A DNA stretch of 64,000 bases from Eledone cirrhosa (Eukaryota), in the NCBI GenBank assembly GCA_964016885.1, contig OZ024755.1:42036001-42100000 (forward strand), written 5' to 3'. Under the pieces are notes generated by a model. The model was not told where the DNA came from. It did not search any database and saw nothing but the letters and a program-made list of their open reading frames with translations. Below, in pieces: positions 33,332 to 47,299 of the stretch. The position numbers and the translations under genes were made by a program. Position 1 is the first letter of the stretch. The number at the start of each line of letters is the position of its first letter.

Positions 33332-33734
33332 ATTATTCCCCTTTTTTTATTGAAAATCATGAATGTTTGATTCTTATAGAATTCTAGCAATAATCAGGAA
33401 CTGATTATACAGAGCGGTTGCCGGTCAAGCAGAAATTGACCCCTACATACATACATATACACGCATACATATATGTATTTGTTGTTATATGTGTCCCTGT
33501 GTATATATATGTGTATATATGCGTGTATATATGTATATATATATATATATAAATGTATATATATGTATATATGCGTGTATATGTGAGTGTGTGCGCGTGT
33601 GTGTGTACGTGTGTGTTGTTATATATTCTTATTTATTATTCTCCCCCCCCCCCCCTTTTTCCCCTCCAGCCTCACTTTCATATCTGTTATATTTTTGTTT
33701 TTCAAACCCACTGTCAATAAAGGCACCAGGATGT

Positions 33735-33794
33735 TTTCATTCTGATGAATGAAAGCAATTTTGGTTGCTTTCAAGAAACCACTGGTAAATGAAA
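33735..33794 (+). ncRNA. Type I hammerhead (family K)
   Basis: tttcatt CTGATGA a-tgaaagcaa/ttgctttca-a GAAA ccactgg TA aatgaaa. Stem I is 7 bp and stem II is 9 bp. Confidence 0.85.
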
Positions 33795-33906
33795 TAATTA
33801 TCTTATGTTGTTTATTACATAACTAATAAGCTCTGTAATTTACATAGATACATTGAATAAAAACTCCAGTATTTGCAGAAAACGAAATACAAATATATTT
33901 ACTTAC

Positions 33907-34390
33907 TGTATGCAATTGGTTTGCCGTAGGTTTTTTTGTCAAAACTCGTATTCAAATTACGTCCCATATCATAGATAACATTGTTAGTAGGCCTAAAACT
34001 CTGGCTGTTTCGCCTCGATCTTCGTAGAGAGTTCCTCAATTTACAATGAAATGCACCATCTTTAAGGTTTCTGCTGCAGTTACTTAATTCACAGCTATGT
34101 CCGAATCCAACTATTTGGTTTACAAAGGAGGTGATTCCGTCATAATTCTCCATGCCTTCTGTGAAGCTAGCTCTACGACTGGTTTCATGGCCTCCTTTCC
34201 ATACAACATGGTTCCAACCATTTATATCACCACAGAGAAATGCTGCGTTATTCGGTCTTGGATCCATTCGTACAAAGCTGGAATCGGTTGGTATATTTGA
34301 ATACATACTCTTTTGGTTCAATGATGTAGATTCTGGAATAGATGTAACCCCAAGTTTAACATTGTTTGCACTAGATACACCGGTACCCAT
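33907..34390 (-). CDS. Candidate first coding exon of a host gene, product unknown
   Basis: Single-copy complex sequence with gaaATGg start, MGTGVS myristoylation-type N-terminus, 161 open codons, then a consensus GTAAGT donor at 33906-33901. Confidence 0.55.
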
Positions 34391-35074
34391 TTCAAAAATT
34401 TCTTCTTTTTTTTTTTAAATTTAAAATCTTATATTAAATGAGAAGTCTGATTGAGTTTAAATTCCTTCTTTGCAGTGAATAAAGATGAGAGTCTGTGTTG
34501 ATCGATGGCTGAAAGTCGATTGAGGATTATTCGGACAGATTCACGAAGTTGAGAACGAATGTCACGTGTCGACTCTGCTGAGTTCTTTTGATTTGTGCAA
34601 CTGAAACAACCTGCTGTGACACGTGAGGCTAATTATTTTCATGTTTAGTAGAGAATTATTACAAATTGTATATGTGTCTCGAACGAAGAGAAACAATCAA
34701 CCATGGGAAAATAGTTCTGATAGTATCTTTTGTTGGTTGTTTTATTGACAACTAGTTGTAATATAAAAGTAAAGGTGAGAAAAACTAGGAAAACTTTCTT
34801 GGGTGGAGAAGGAAAATAGTTTAAAATGAGGAGAAAAACGTGATGTGAAAAACACTTCCTATTACATAAAGATTGGGTTAGTATCAATATTGAGATTGTG
34901 TCTGTCCTGAGACACTGTTGAACTTCTGTCAGTTGCAACGACGTTCCTGTTGTTTCATGAAACAGCCTACTCGTGACGTGCAACTGGTTGAGCACACCAC
35001 AGACACGTGTACTTCAGAGATTCAACATGAATGATGCGTGACAACCTATTTTTTTTTTCAACTAAAATAAAGGA

Positions 35075-35552
35075 AAATAAAGTGTCTTGCTCAAGGACAC
35101 AGTGGACCGAAGCAACATGTAATAAAGTGTCTTGCTCAAGGACACAGTGGACTGGAGTAACATGAAATAAAGTGTCTTGCTCAAGGACACAGTGGACTGG
35201 GGTAACATGAAATAAAGTGTCTTGCTCAAGGACACAGTGGACTGGAGTAATATGAAATAAAGTGTCTTGCTCAAGGACACAGTGGACTGGAGTAACATGA
35301 AATAAAGTGTCTTGCTCAAGGACACAGTGGACTGGAGTAAGATGAAATAATGTGTCTATCTCAAAGACACAGTGGACTGGGGTAACATGAAATAATGTAT
35401 CTATCTCAAAGACACAATGGACTGGAGCAACATGAAATAGTGTGTCTTGCTCAAGGACACAGTGGACTGGGGTAACATGAAATAAAGTGTCTTGCTCAAG
35501 GACACAGTGGACTGGGGTAACATGAAATAATATGTCTATCTCAAAGACACAG
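35075..35552. repeat. 45-bp minisatellite (about 10.5 copies) derived from a SINE CORE-like segment
   Basis: Unit gtgtcttgctcaaggacacagtggactggagtaacatgaaataaa. Confidence 0.9.
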
Positions 35553-35744
35553 TGTGCTGTCGGTAATCGAAGACCAGTAATGAAGGAGAGGAGAATTTAA
35601 GGAACTTATCGACCCCGGAAAAGTAAAGTTGACTTCTACGGCATTTGAACTCAGAAGATAAAGAAATGTAACTAAATGCCGCAAATCATTTGTTCGGTGC
35701 TCTACCGATCAACCAATACACCACCGCTTTTTCTTATTCAAAAT

Positions 35745-35935
35745 AATTGTTTCTATTTTTGGCACAAGGCCAGCAATTATCCCAATGTATAACTGGTACC
35801 TTATTTTATCGACCCCGTAAGGATGAAAGGCAAAGCTAACCTCGGCAGGATTTGAACTCAGACCGCAAAGGGACGTAACTCTATGCTGCAAAGCATGGCG
35901 TCCGACCCTCTAGCGATACTGCCAAACCACCGCCT
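35745..35935 (-). mobile_element. tRNA-derived SINE (degenerate neighbour at about 35605-35728)
   Basis: Reverse complement of the 36811 family. Confidence 0.85.
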
Positions 35936-35984
35936 TCAAAATAATGATATAATCTATGTTTGTCTCGAGCCCAGAGGTTCACCT

Positions 35985-36228
35985 GGTTGGTGCTTATCCT
36001 AGTTTTTGTGGTGGGAAGCGACTGAAACTACAACACTTCCCCTGGACAGAACACCAGTCCATCTCAGGATTAATCTCCCAGTTATTGCTGGTCCTCAGCT
36101 GAGTATACTAGAGCAACATGAAATGAAGTGTTTTGTTCCAGAACATAATACACAACACAGTCCAGGAATCGAACCCACGACATTATGATCACAAGTCCAG
36201 CACTCTTACCACTTGGCCACGTGCCTCC
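35985..36228 (-). mobile_element. Second tRNA-derived SINE family
   Basis: Minus-strand head has A box TGGCCAAGTGG and B box GGTTCGATTCC, followed by a body related to the 45-bp unit. Confidence 0.7.
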
Positions 36229-36628
36229 ACACATTTAGAATAAAGATTCATATAATCTTGGACCTTTATACTAAAAAGGACACATGACTGTTTTGTTGAG
36301 GGGTGTGTGTAACAGTTGTTTCAACAATGGAACAGCCTGTTTGTGATATTGATGTGAAGGTGGTTGGACATTCCACAGACACGTGTACCCTTAATGTAGT
36401 TCTCAAGAAGATTCAGCGTGTAACGGTGTGGGATAAAGTTAGTTCTTCTCTGAATTACAGCTCATATTTTGCCACTTAGGTGGGCCGGAGTTACATGAAA
36501 TAAAGCGGATTCATAAAAAAACACAACACGCCTTCTGGATTCAAATTCACAACCTTGTAATTGAAAGTCAAGATTGTGAGTTCGATTCCCGGACCTGGCG
36601 ATGCGTTGTGTTGTTGAGCAACACATAT

Positions 36629-37001
36629 TGGTTTGGCAGTATCGGTAGAGCGTCAGACACCATGCTTTTCAGTATAGTTATGGCCCTTTGCGTTTTGAGT
36701 TCAAATTCACCGAGGTTAACTTTGCCTTTCATCATTACGAGGTCGATAAAATAAAATACCAGTGATGCACTGGGGTAATCGCTGGCCTTGTGCCAAAAGT
36801 AGAAACTCTACGGCGGTGGATTGGCAGTATCGGTAGAGGGTCGGACACCATGCTTTGACGCATAGAGTTACGGCCCTTGCCATTCTGAGTTCAAATCCCG
36901 TCGAGGTTAACTTTGCCTTTCATCCTTACGGGGTCGATAAAATAAAGTACCAGTAATACACTGGGGTAATTGCTGGCCTTGTGCCAAAAATAGAAACAAT
37001 T
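36629..37001 (+). mobile_element. Two tandem tRNA-derived SINEs (36629-36806, 36811-37001)
   Basis: A box TGGCAGTATCGG, B box GAGTTCAAAT(C/T)C, central gcctttcatccttacggggtcgataaaataaagtaccag (resembles the Meta-SINE domain, from memory). Confidence 0.85.
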
Positions 37002-37077
37002 ATATATTTCATGCTTCTCCTGTAGAAATGAGTTGCGATGTCGTAAATAGAAAGCTTTATCAGCTTTTGCTGACATT

Positions 37078-37277
37078 GGTGGCGTGGATAGAGGAGACCG
37101 GTGGTGGCGTGGATAGAGAAGACCGGTGGTGGCGTGGATAGAGAAGACCGGTGGTGGCGTGGATAGAGAAGACCGGTGGTGGCGTGGATAGAGGAGACCG
37201 GTGGTGGCGTGGATAGAGAAGACCGGTGGTGGCGTGGATAGAGAAGACCGGTGGTGGCGTGGATAGAGGAGACCGGT
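37078..37277. repeat. 25-bp minisatellite, 8 copies
   Basis: Unit ggtggtggcgtggatagag(a/g)agacc. Confidence 0.92.
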
Positions 37278-37788
37278 ATGCATGGGTAACTGCTGGTCTT
37301 CCACAAAAAAACCCTTTCCCATACTTGTGCCTTGGAAAGGAAACTTTCTAGCAACTGATCCACTTCAAGTACATAATATTTCCCCAGCTTAAAGTCGGAT
37401 ACGTTTTAGACAGACATCGTATCATTGCTTTCACATTGCACTAGCTATTAAAATAACAATTTGTAGAACTTCTATATGTACATATTAATTCGTTGTTATT
37501 ACGAAAGGAATAGCTTGCATATAAATGTTGCTGTTAAAATATTTATATGTTTATGTGTTATAGAGAGATGTTAGTCAATGTTAAGGTGCTCTTTACTTTG
37601 TTGAAGTTAATATTTAGTGGGAAAGAGGGGTAAAGTATAAACTTATAAATAATAATAAAAGTGATTGTGTACCTGCTCAGGTGTAAGTCAGCGTCATATT
37701 TTTTTTTCTTTCGATGTCACTGTGGGTTATGTATCTATGTTAAATCAGAGGCTTTTTAAGGCATTGTTGTAGTAGGGAGCTGCCTTAT

Positions 37789-38110
37789 TAGTCTCGGGTC
37801 CCAAATAGTAGGGGGAAGGGGAGGCGGTTGCAGTAATTTTTATATGTTGTCTCCATTGATTTTAAAAAACCCAGAATTAGTCGTTTAGTTTACATATTGA
37901 GACTCCAACCCATCCTATTTATTTTATAACGTGGGATTTCTAGTAATGTACTTTATTTGTCATGTATAATGTTTTTAAGGAATAAACAAAATTAACTGCC
38001 GCACTTAAAATAAAATTTTGACGGAGATAGATTAACAAGATTTAATAAGTGGGCAGGGGTCACCTGAAAAAATAATAAGCGGGTGGACGATTGTTCGAGA
38101 CCCGCGAATA
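37789..38110. mobile_element. Old MITE candidate
   Basis: Degenerate 20-bp TIRs tagtctcgggtcccaaatag and ttgttcgagacccgcgaata. Confidence 0.35.
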
Positions 38111-38533
38111 GGTGATAAATTCGAGAAAGGTCAAACACAAATATAATATCAAAACTTTGTCACAAGAACATTAGGAGGATACATAATATGGAAGGCTAGA
38201 TAAGCATAAGTATCAACATTTAAGTATTAAATAATAGGTGGAAGAAGCATATGAAGAATAGGAGCAGATAAATACAATAAAAATTAGGACCAGATAAAAG
38301 CATTAAAAATTTAAAAAAATTTAAAAACCTGCTGTTTAAAAAATTGCAAAATATGCTGCTACAGAAAGGTTAAGTACAGTGAAATACAATATAGTTTCCA
38401 TTTATTAAAATCATTGATATTATACTCCAGGTAACCTGTAGAGTGCTTCGAATCTGTTATAAATAAATTTGTTGAATAACCAACAAATTAAATATCTCTT
38501 TGCTTATATATATATATATATTATATATAGAAG

Positions 38534-38712
38534 TGCGGTGGATTGGCAGTATCGGTAGAGGGTCGGACACCATGCACAGTTACGTCCCTTTACGGACTGA
38601 GTTCAAATCCCGCCAATGTTAACTTTGCCTTTCATCCTTACAGGGTCGATAAAATAAAGTACCAGTAATACACTGGGATAATTGCTGGCCTTGTGCCAAA
38701 AGTAGAATCAAT
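38534..38712 (+). mobile_element. tRNA-derived SINE (36811 family)
   Basis: Same A box, B box and central domain. Confidence 0.85.
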
Positions 38713-38891
38713 TATATATAGAAGTGGTTACACAACGGTTAGTTCAACATACCGAGAACAATTGTTTCACCTTAGCGAATCCTCAGCTCGTACGATCCTC
38801 AGCACAACTAACTGTTGTGTAACCAATCTACCTAACTCGTCCCATGGACTGAGTGCTCTACCACTACGGATATTACCTTCCAGTGTTTTAC

Positions 38892-39550
<659 letters not shown>

Positions 39551-39617
39551 ACATATATGTATGTATATTTGTATTTATGTATGTATATATGTATGTACGT
39601 ATATATGTATATATATG

Positions 39618-40540
39618 TGTCGGGTTGCTCTCGAGTGCTACTGGTAACATGTAACCCAGTACTACCTGTCCCATGGCCGGGTCGTCGGCGACTAAACCGG
39701 CAACCCCACCAAGCTTGCTTGATAAGGAGGGTGATATTTGGACACCCTACAGCATGAAATACAAGACCAGGCAAAGGGCGGAGGAACACAGCAGAGTCAA
39801 TGACCATCCAAATAGTAGCTTCTTTTTTTTTTCCCCTTGGGAGTGAAAGGCCCCCAGTTGTTGTCGCAACACCGATGATGTTGACCAGTTCTCCTTTTCG
39901 GGTAGTGTTTTGGATGCACAGAAAATGGAATTGGTCGAGTGCAAGACCTTTCCCCACTTAAAAAACCCTCAAATCACAGACATTGCTTGTTCAGGGTCTG
40001 TTACAGGTTTGTGTGGCTGGCCGTAGCCTAAAAGTGCATCAATCTCTATAATCTGAAAAGCGATTGCAGTACTCTTCGCAGAGTTTGCAGCCATCATATA
40101 TGTATATACATATATACATACATACATACATATATACATACATACATATATACATATATGTATGTATGTATTTATATGTATGTATATACTATGTATATAC
40201 GTATGTCTGAATGTGTGTATATATGTAAAATCCCCCTCCTCAGCAAGTAAACTTGGTGGGGTTGCCGGTCTGGTGACCGACTATCCGACCATTGAGACAG
40301 GTTGCACTGGGTTACATGTTACCAGTAGCACTCGATTGCGACCTGACATAGGTCACTCTTGAGTGCTACTGGTAACATGTAACCCAGTACAACCTGTCAC
40401 ATGGTCCGGTTGTCAGCAACTAAACCGGCAACCCCACCAAGTTTACTTGCTGAGGAGGGGGATTTTGGACACCCTACAGGACAAAAAACAACCTGACAAA
40501 GGGTGGAAGAACTCATAAGAGTCAACGGCCATCAAAAATG
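39618..40540. mobile_element. Copies of the RTE-5'-like repeat: 39618-40095 (+), 40231-40345 (-), 40360-40540 (+)
   Basis: Shared gagtgctactggtaacatgtaacccagt...ctaaaccggcaaccccaccaag. Confidence 0.6.
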
Positions 40541-40655
40541 TGTAAATATGTATATACATGTATGCATGTGTATATATGTATATAAATAAATGTATATGTG
40601 TATATACATGTATGCATGTGTATATGTATATATATAAATGTATATATGTATATAC

Positions 40656-40872
40656 CAGGGGCGAAGTGTGCGTACATGCAGCGCATGCAGTGCATGCGTT
40701 ATAGAATCTTAGACACATAAAAAGATAACACACACACACACACTAGATAACACTACATGCGTCTTTGTCCGGGAGGGTCATTTAGAGGGAATGGGGGGGG
40801 GCTGCACAGCCCCACTTTCCGCCATGGCGATTGGACTGCATGCCCTGCTTTCCAGTTTACCCTTCGCCACTG
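40656..40872. mobile_element. hAT-like MITE candidate
   Basis: TIRs caggggcgaag and cttcgccactg. An 8-bp TSD matches only partly. Confidence 0.5.
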
Positions 40873-41568
40873 GTATTATACATGTATGCATGTGTATGTA
40901 TATGTGCGGAGACATAGAAATAATCAGGATGGACACCCGATCGCGCAGTTAAACCACTGGGAATGAAGGACCCCTAGCCTTTGTCACGGCATTCTTCTAG
41001 GAGAAGGCAACTCAAGAAACTGGGATAACTCCGATATAAAACCTGCGGCTCAGTAGTTACCGATGATGTTGATCTTTTCTTCTTTTCGGGTTATAGCTAC
41101 TGTCTCTCAGAGAGTGGGATTGGCTCAGTGCACAGTCTTTCCTCACTTTAAAAAATATCTTCACTCACAGGCATTGACGATAGAATTAGTTAATAATTAT
41201 TAAATATGTTATATTGTGCAATGGCCATATTCGATAACGAGGGGGCAGCCATCATGTATGTATGTATATATGTATGTATATATGTTTGTATGCATGTATA
41301 AATGTGTGTATGTATGTATGTATATATGTATGTATATATGTTTGTATGCATGTATGAATGTGTGCATGTATGTATGCATGTATTATGTGTATATGTATGT
41401 ATGTATGTGTGTATGTATGTGTGTATATGTATGTATATAGATGTATGTATATATATATATGTGTGTATTTAAGTATGTATATATGTATGTATGTGTGGAT
41501 GTGGATGTTTTGAGTTGTATGTGTGCATGTGTATATGCTTTGTATCTGTACATGTGTATATGCAGTTA

Positions 41569-44168
41569 TTAGATGCAAATTTTTTGGAATGTTTTACATA
41601 TTTTTACTGTTCCATTAATGGATTGTACTTGTAATTTCCTAACTAGTTGTGTTCTTTCTGTTCCTGTGAAGCCTAGCTTCTCAAGATTTGTATTGAGGCA
41701 GTTACTAACATATCCCTGTGCCCCAATAATCACAGGCATAAATCTGAAGGTATAGTCAGGGTGGAGTATCTGCAGATTTCTCATCAGTTCTGCATAAATA
41801 TCCTCCTTTTCACTAATCTTTGATATTATATTGGCATCTGCTGGGCAGCTAATTTCCTGCCTGCATTTTATTGGGGTTTTTACTGGAACATTCCACCAAT
41901 ACTCTTTCATATTATGTACATGGAGGTCTTCCACATTGTTGTAGCTTTTAATGTGTTTATTATCGGGGCTATCTTTTTTACGAACTGCATTGTACAGTGT
42001 TTTGGCCACTACATCATGCCTCATAGGTAGATAGTACCGCGATGACATCTTTGGGCAGCTGCTGATGACATGGGTGATATCCGCGATGTTAGTTCTGCAG
42101 AGTCTGCACTTGTTATCACATCTAGGTGTTTTGCCTGCATCCCTATCTCTTTTGTGAATCAGGTATTTCGTGCTAATCTCCTGTTCTTGGATTGCAAAAG
42201 CGTATCCTTCAAAGTGGGAGACAATATAGCGGTTGTTGGTCCAAGATAGACTACTTTCCTTATCTATATTACTCTCACTTTGGAGCTTCCTGGCAACATA
42301 TCCATGCATGATTTTTTGCTGATAGGCATGCAGATTTTCATCCATGGATTCACTGCGATACTGCTGAGCGACATCCCTGGGTGTGAGTTTTTGATTATCA
42401 CACAGGGAATATCTATCAAGGAGTTCCTTCCCAACTCTCATGATCTTATCTGTTTCATGCAGATAGACTTGCTCGAGAAACGGACTCCTACGCTTCGAGG
42501 TTCGTAGATGTTGTCGGAGAGATATGATGCGACATTCAAATGTTGTCTGGACTGATGTTAGGCTTCTGCCTCCCTGCTTACGTTTCAAGTAAAGGCGGTC
42601 TATGTCACTTGATGTGGAAGTTTCCGGTGTTGTTCAGTATTTTTCGAGTTCCAACATCAACTGTTCGGATTTCATCTATCGTCCAATTGAGTATTCCAAA
42701 CGTTGGTGTTAGGACAGGCACAGCAAAGACATTGTGAGCCACTGGTTACGCGTTCTTTAGATACCATTATAGGATATGTTCTCATCTATCCCCAGGTATC
42801 TGTAGCAGTCCTCATTAGATATCGGTGAAACAGTTAGACCATTGATGACAATGTTGCTAGATTGGGTTATTGTTTTTCCCCGCTTTACAGTCATGTATGA
42901 GCATTTATCCTGGCCAAACTCCATTCCTATATCCTTTGAGAACGTCGTAACCAGGTCAAGATTTTTCTTCATCCCATCCATGTTCTTGGCATAGAGTTTC
43001 AGATCGTCCACAAAGAAGTTATGGGTTAGGTTCGTATTTCTGTCCTCCTGTGAGCCAATGATGTATCCCTCACATTTCTTGAGCAGAAAGGACAAGGGGT
43101 TTAATGACAAGATGAACAATATCACAGAGAGACTGTCCCCCTGAAATATACCCCTGCAATATTTTATTTTATCAGTGAAAATAGAGTCCTCCCTCTCTGT
43201 CTTTAACCTTAGGGTAGTAGCCCATCCATGTAGTATTTCATTATTTGGCTTTTTATTCACCATTGTCATTTTAACACGTTCAGCCAAAGAGATATTTATA
43301 CATGAGTTAATTTCTCTCTGGAAGATTTCGTTGAGGGAAATTTTCAATTGTTTATACTTTTGATTATCATTATCGATAGTATTTTCCACAACAGTCGAGG
43401 TAGACTCGGATGGTATACGTGGTGTCATATTTATTCGATTATTATTATTATTTCCTCGATTATTATTATTATCGATAGTGTTTTCCCCAGCATTCGAGGT
43501 AGACTTAGATGGTACAGGTGGTGTCAAATTTCTTACAGGCATAGTTGTTTCAAGTCGCTGTTCGACCTGGCTGCTAGGAAGTCTAGTAGCATGGCGATCT
43601 GTAGCACGTGTTGTTGCTTCCATGTTTGTTGTGGGGGACTTACAATTAATAATATTTATCTTATTTTTACGTTCAACAAACGTCGCTTGTTGGCGTAATT
43701 GTTTCGCTGTGAAATAATTTAGCTCTGGGTGCATTTCGTCCCAGTGTAGCTTCATTCTATTCATATAGCCAATGGAGGGATTGTTTTTTGCCATTTTATA
43801 ACAAATAAATCATTATTAAGTTCGCAACTCCAAGAGAAATGCGATTTATAATTTCGGTTTCTTCTGTAGCTACAACTGAATAAAGTTTGATTACCTTCTT
43901 TGTTATTTGTCTTCGATACTTCCTTAATTTTCTTGTTAATGTTGTGTTCAGCCATGCTGTTTGTAGCAAATCCTTGTAAAATGAATTATGTATTTAGTCG
44001 GATATCTCTACGAATTCGAATAAAAGGTGTCTTCAGAAGGGATAGTTAGAAGAATAACCAGTTATTCAACCTGACTGTAGTTGTGGCATTACTGTCGGAG
44101 ATAGTATTCATCTTAAATTTAATAAATAGTGTCCCGCGCCAAAATATGCGACTGATCGCGTTGACTGA
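41569..44168 (-). mobile_element. R4/Dong-like non-LTR retrotransposon with restriction-like endonuclease, internally deleted
   Basis: Motifs GIFQGDSLS, FFVDDLKLY, FGQDKC, YRYLGI, CRLC-H-C knuckle, RHDVVAK, EISCP...K...Y. Early RT motifs and the PD motif are missing. Flanks are TA-rich. Confidence 0.85.
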
Positions 44169-44188
44169 TATATATGTATGTATATATG

Positions 44189-44280
<92 letters not shown>

Positions 44281-44350
44281 TATATAAATATATGTATATA
44301 TATATATATGTATATATGTATATATGTATGTATGTATATATAAATATATG

Positions 44351-44382
<32 letters not shown>

Positions 44383-44428
44383 TGTATATATAAACATATA
44401 TATATATGTATATATATGTATATATGAT

Positions 44429-44485
<57 letters not shown>

Positions 44486-44683
44486 GTATATATGTATGTA
44501 TATATATAAATATGAATACATACACACATATATACATATATATATATATATGTGTGTGTACAACTATGCCAGGACAACAAACTAGTTACAAACCGGTCGA
44601 GTAATGTCACGTGAGTGATCAGGTGGAAAACATTTCAACTAACTTGTGTCACGTGTCAAACCATGAGGACTAATAATGAAAAT

Positions 44684-45292
44684 AACTGTTTCTACTTTTG
44701 GCACAAGGCCAGCAAATTACCCAGTGTATTACTGGTACTTTATTTTATCGACTCCATAAGGATGAAAGGCAAAATTAACCCCGGCGGGATTTGAACGCAG
44801 AACGTAAAGGGCCGTAACTCTTTGCTGCAAAGCCTGGCGTCCGACCCTCTACCGTGATTTCTTATATAGGCACAAGGCCAGTAATTTTGGGGGAGGGGAA
44901 AGTCAATTAAATCGACCCCAGTGCGTGACTGGTACTTTATTTTATCGACCACGTAAGGATGAAAGACAAAGCTAACCCCGGCGGGATTTGAACGCAGAAC
45001 GTAAAGGACCGTAACTCTATGCCACTTAGCATGTTGTCCGAGGCTCTACCGATTCTGCTAATCCATAAAATAATAATAATAATGGTTTCTTTATTTCTTT
45101 ATATAATAATTGTTTCTACTTTTGGCACAAGGCCTGCAATTACCCCAGTACATTACTGGTACTTTATTTTATCGACCCCGTAAGGATGAAAGTTGACCTC
45201 GGCGGGATTTGAACTCAGAATGGAAAGGGCCGTAACTCTATGCGTCAAAGCATGACGTCCGACCCTCTACCGATACTGCCAATCCACCGCCC
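44684..45292 (-). mobile_element. Three consecutive SINE copies (36811 family)
   Basis: About 44684-44855, 44866-45065 and 45108-45292. Confidence 0.85.
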
Positions 45293-45297
45293 TTTAT

Positions 45298-46700
45298 ATA
45301 ATAATAATAGTGGTTTTATTTATTGGCTACAAGGGCCGATGTATAGGGGACGATATACTAGACAGGGACAGTGGGGAGGGGGGTTACATATAAAACGTGT
45401 AAAAAATATAATTAACAATAACAAAAGAACAAGAAAAATACAACAATGAGAATTCCCCAGGGTTGACTCAGGTACCCCACCAATCCTGAACCACCCGACG
45501 CTTCGAAAACACCCGGGAAGGGCACCCCTCTTCTCCTCAAATTAACCAGCCTACAGGTGCATGCTCAGAGTAGGCCCACTCACACAGGCCATTCTCGCCA
45601 CATTCAGCCACCTTTCAACAAATGTACGGGGGGGGGGGGGGGGGCAGCACTTCTCTCTCCATCCTCACCTTCCTTTCCAAATGAAATTTGAAGAAGTTGC
45701 TGTCTTCAGTCCTTTCAACCTGGTCCACCATACAACCTCTTTCGCAACTGCCACCAGACAGAGGAAAATTACCTGCCCTTCCTGGCCAAAAGAAGGCGGT
45801 GGGTTGATCTTTACTATGGACTCAACCAATAGCCGGATCCGTTCTACACGCGACAACAGCTGTTCGACATAACTCCACAAGTCAGTAATGCACGGACACT
45901 GGACGAGTGCATGCAGAATGGTTTCGTCGTTCTGCGCGCATCTCGGGCAGGTCCGTCTGACAACACTTCCGTGCCTGTAGAGTTTATCTCGAACCGGCAG
46001 TGCCCCCCTATAACACTGACAATTGAGGGATTTCTGGAAGTTTATCCACAGTCCCAGTTCGAAAGTCCTCCGGAACAGACTGGTTAGTTCGACTTCGTCG
46101 AGGCCCAGTGCCTCGCCGAGTGCGTCGTCGCACTTGCCCACCACTAATCCTCTATAGAACTCGAGACTCTTCTTGACCCAGGACTGCAGCTCAGTCAAAG
46201 AGACGAGCGACGGAAAGGCCCGTCTGACAAACGGCGACCACACCTGTTCACCGTTTAGGCAGAATATCTGGAGATGTCGCAGCCTCAGCGCATGTCTGCG
46301 CATCATTAGCCACGGCATGCCCGGCCCTCCACGTAGAGGGTGCTGTCAGCAGATGGACCGCCTCACCAACGGAAATTGTCCCCTCCACAAGAATTTGAAG
46401 AGGAGCCGTTCCAAGTTTGCAGGGTGCGACGGTCAGGTGGTAGTAGATGTCGGACGCGATGTACTCGTTCGCCACCTCCACCCGACCTTTCAGTGATAAC
46501 TTCCTCGCAGTCCATTTCTGGGTGAGACTGGCTGCTCTGCCTGTCACCACGTCCCAATTCTTATCCACCTGGAGGTCTGACCCGAACCAAACCCCGAGCA
46601 ACTTTACCGGTCCGTTCGTCCAGCACCCAACGACGCTATTGGACGGCATGGACTTGCTTCTCCGGGTGCCGAGTTGCACGCCCACCGACTTTTCCGGGTT
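45298..46700 (-). pseudogene. 3' part of a Tx1/L1-clade LINE
   Basis: Motifs VKLLGVWF, LSLKGRV, CPRC...ETILHALVQC. Frameshifted. A related 3' end lies at about 49512-49836 (+). Confidence 0.8.
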
Positions 46701-46713
46701 ATAATAATAATAG

Positions 46714-47245
46714 TTGTTTCTACTTTTGGCACAAGGCCAGCAATTACTCAGTACATTACTGGTACTTTATTTTATCGACACCGTAAAGATGAAATGCAAA
46801 GTTAACCTCGGCGGGATTTGAACTCAGTCTGAAACTATGCTGGAAAGCATGGCGTTCGTTCGACTTTCTACCGATACTGCAGACGTGAGCTCCGGTTTCG
46901 GGACTCAGCTATGGCTACCACAGTATAGTGGAAGGGATGTTTCAAACCTGCCCTCATCAGGCGCTCAAATTATTTATACAATATATATATTAAGAGAGAA
47001 AGTGGAAGATAGATATAGTTATAAATACATATACATGTATATACATTATTATTACCAAGGGCGGTGGGTTGGCAGTATCGGTAGAGGGTCGGACGCCATG
47101 CTTTCCAGCATAGTTACGTCCATTTACGATCTGATTTCAAATCCCGCCGAGGTTAACTTTGCCTTTCATCCTTACGGGGTCGATAAAATAAAGTACCAGT
47201 AATGCACTGGGTAATTGCTGGCCTTGTGCCTAAAGTAGAAACAAT
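46714..47245. mobile_element. Two SINE copies, 46714-46880 (-) and 47059-47245 (+)
   Basis: Same family motifs as 36811. Confidence 0.85.
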
Positions 47246-47299
47246 TATTACCATTATGTCTAGTATTATTATAATAATTATAATAATAATGTATATATT

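Noticed and set aside
36160-36900. tRNA genes
   Set aside because: The A and B boxes belong to SINE heads that continue into shared bodies, and I could not fold a convincing cloverleaf.
39618-39710. HDV-like ribozyme in the RTE-5'-like repeat
   Set aside because: Hairpins and a CTAA word are present, but I could not build the nested double pseudoknot by eye. A descriptor search is needed.
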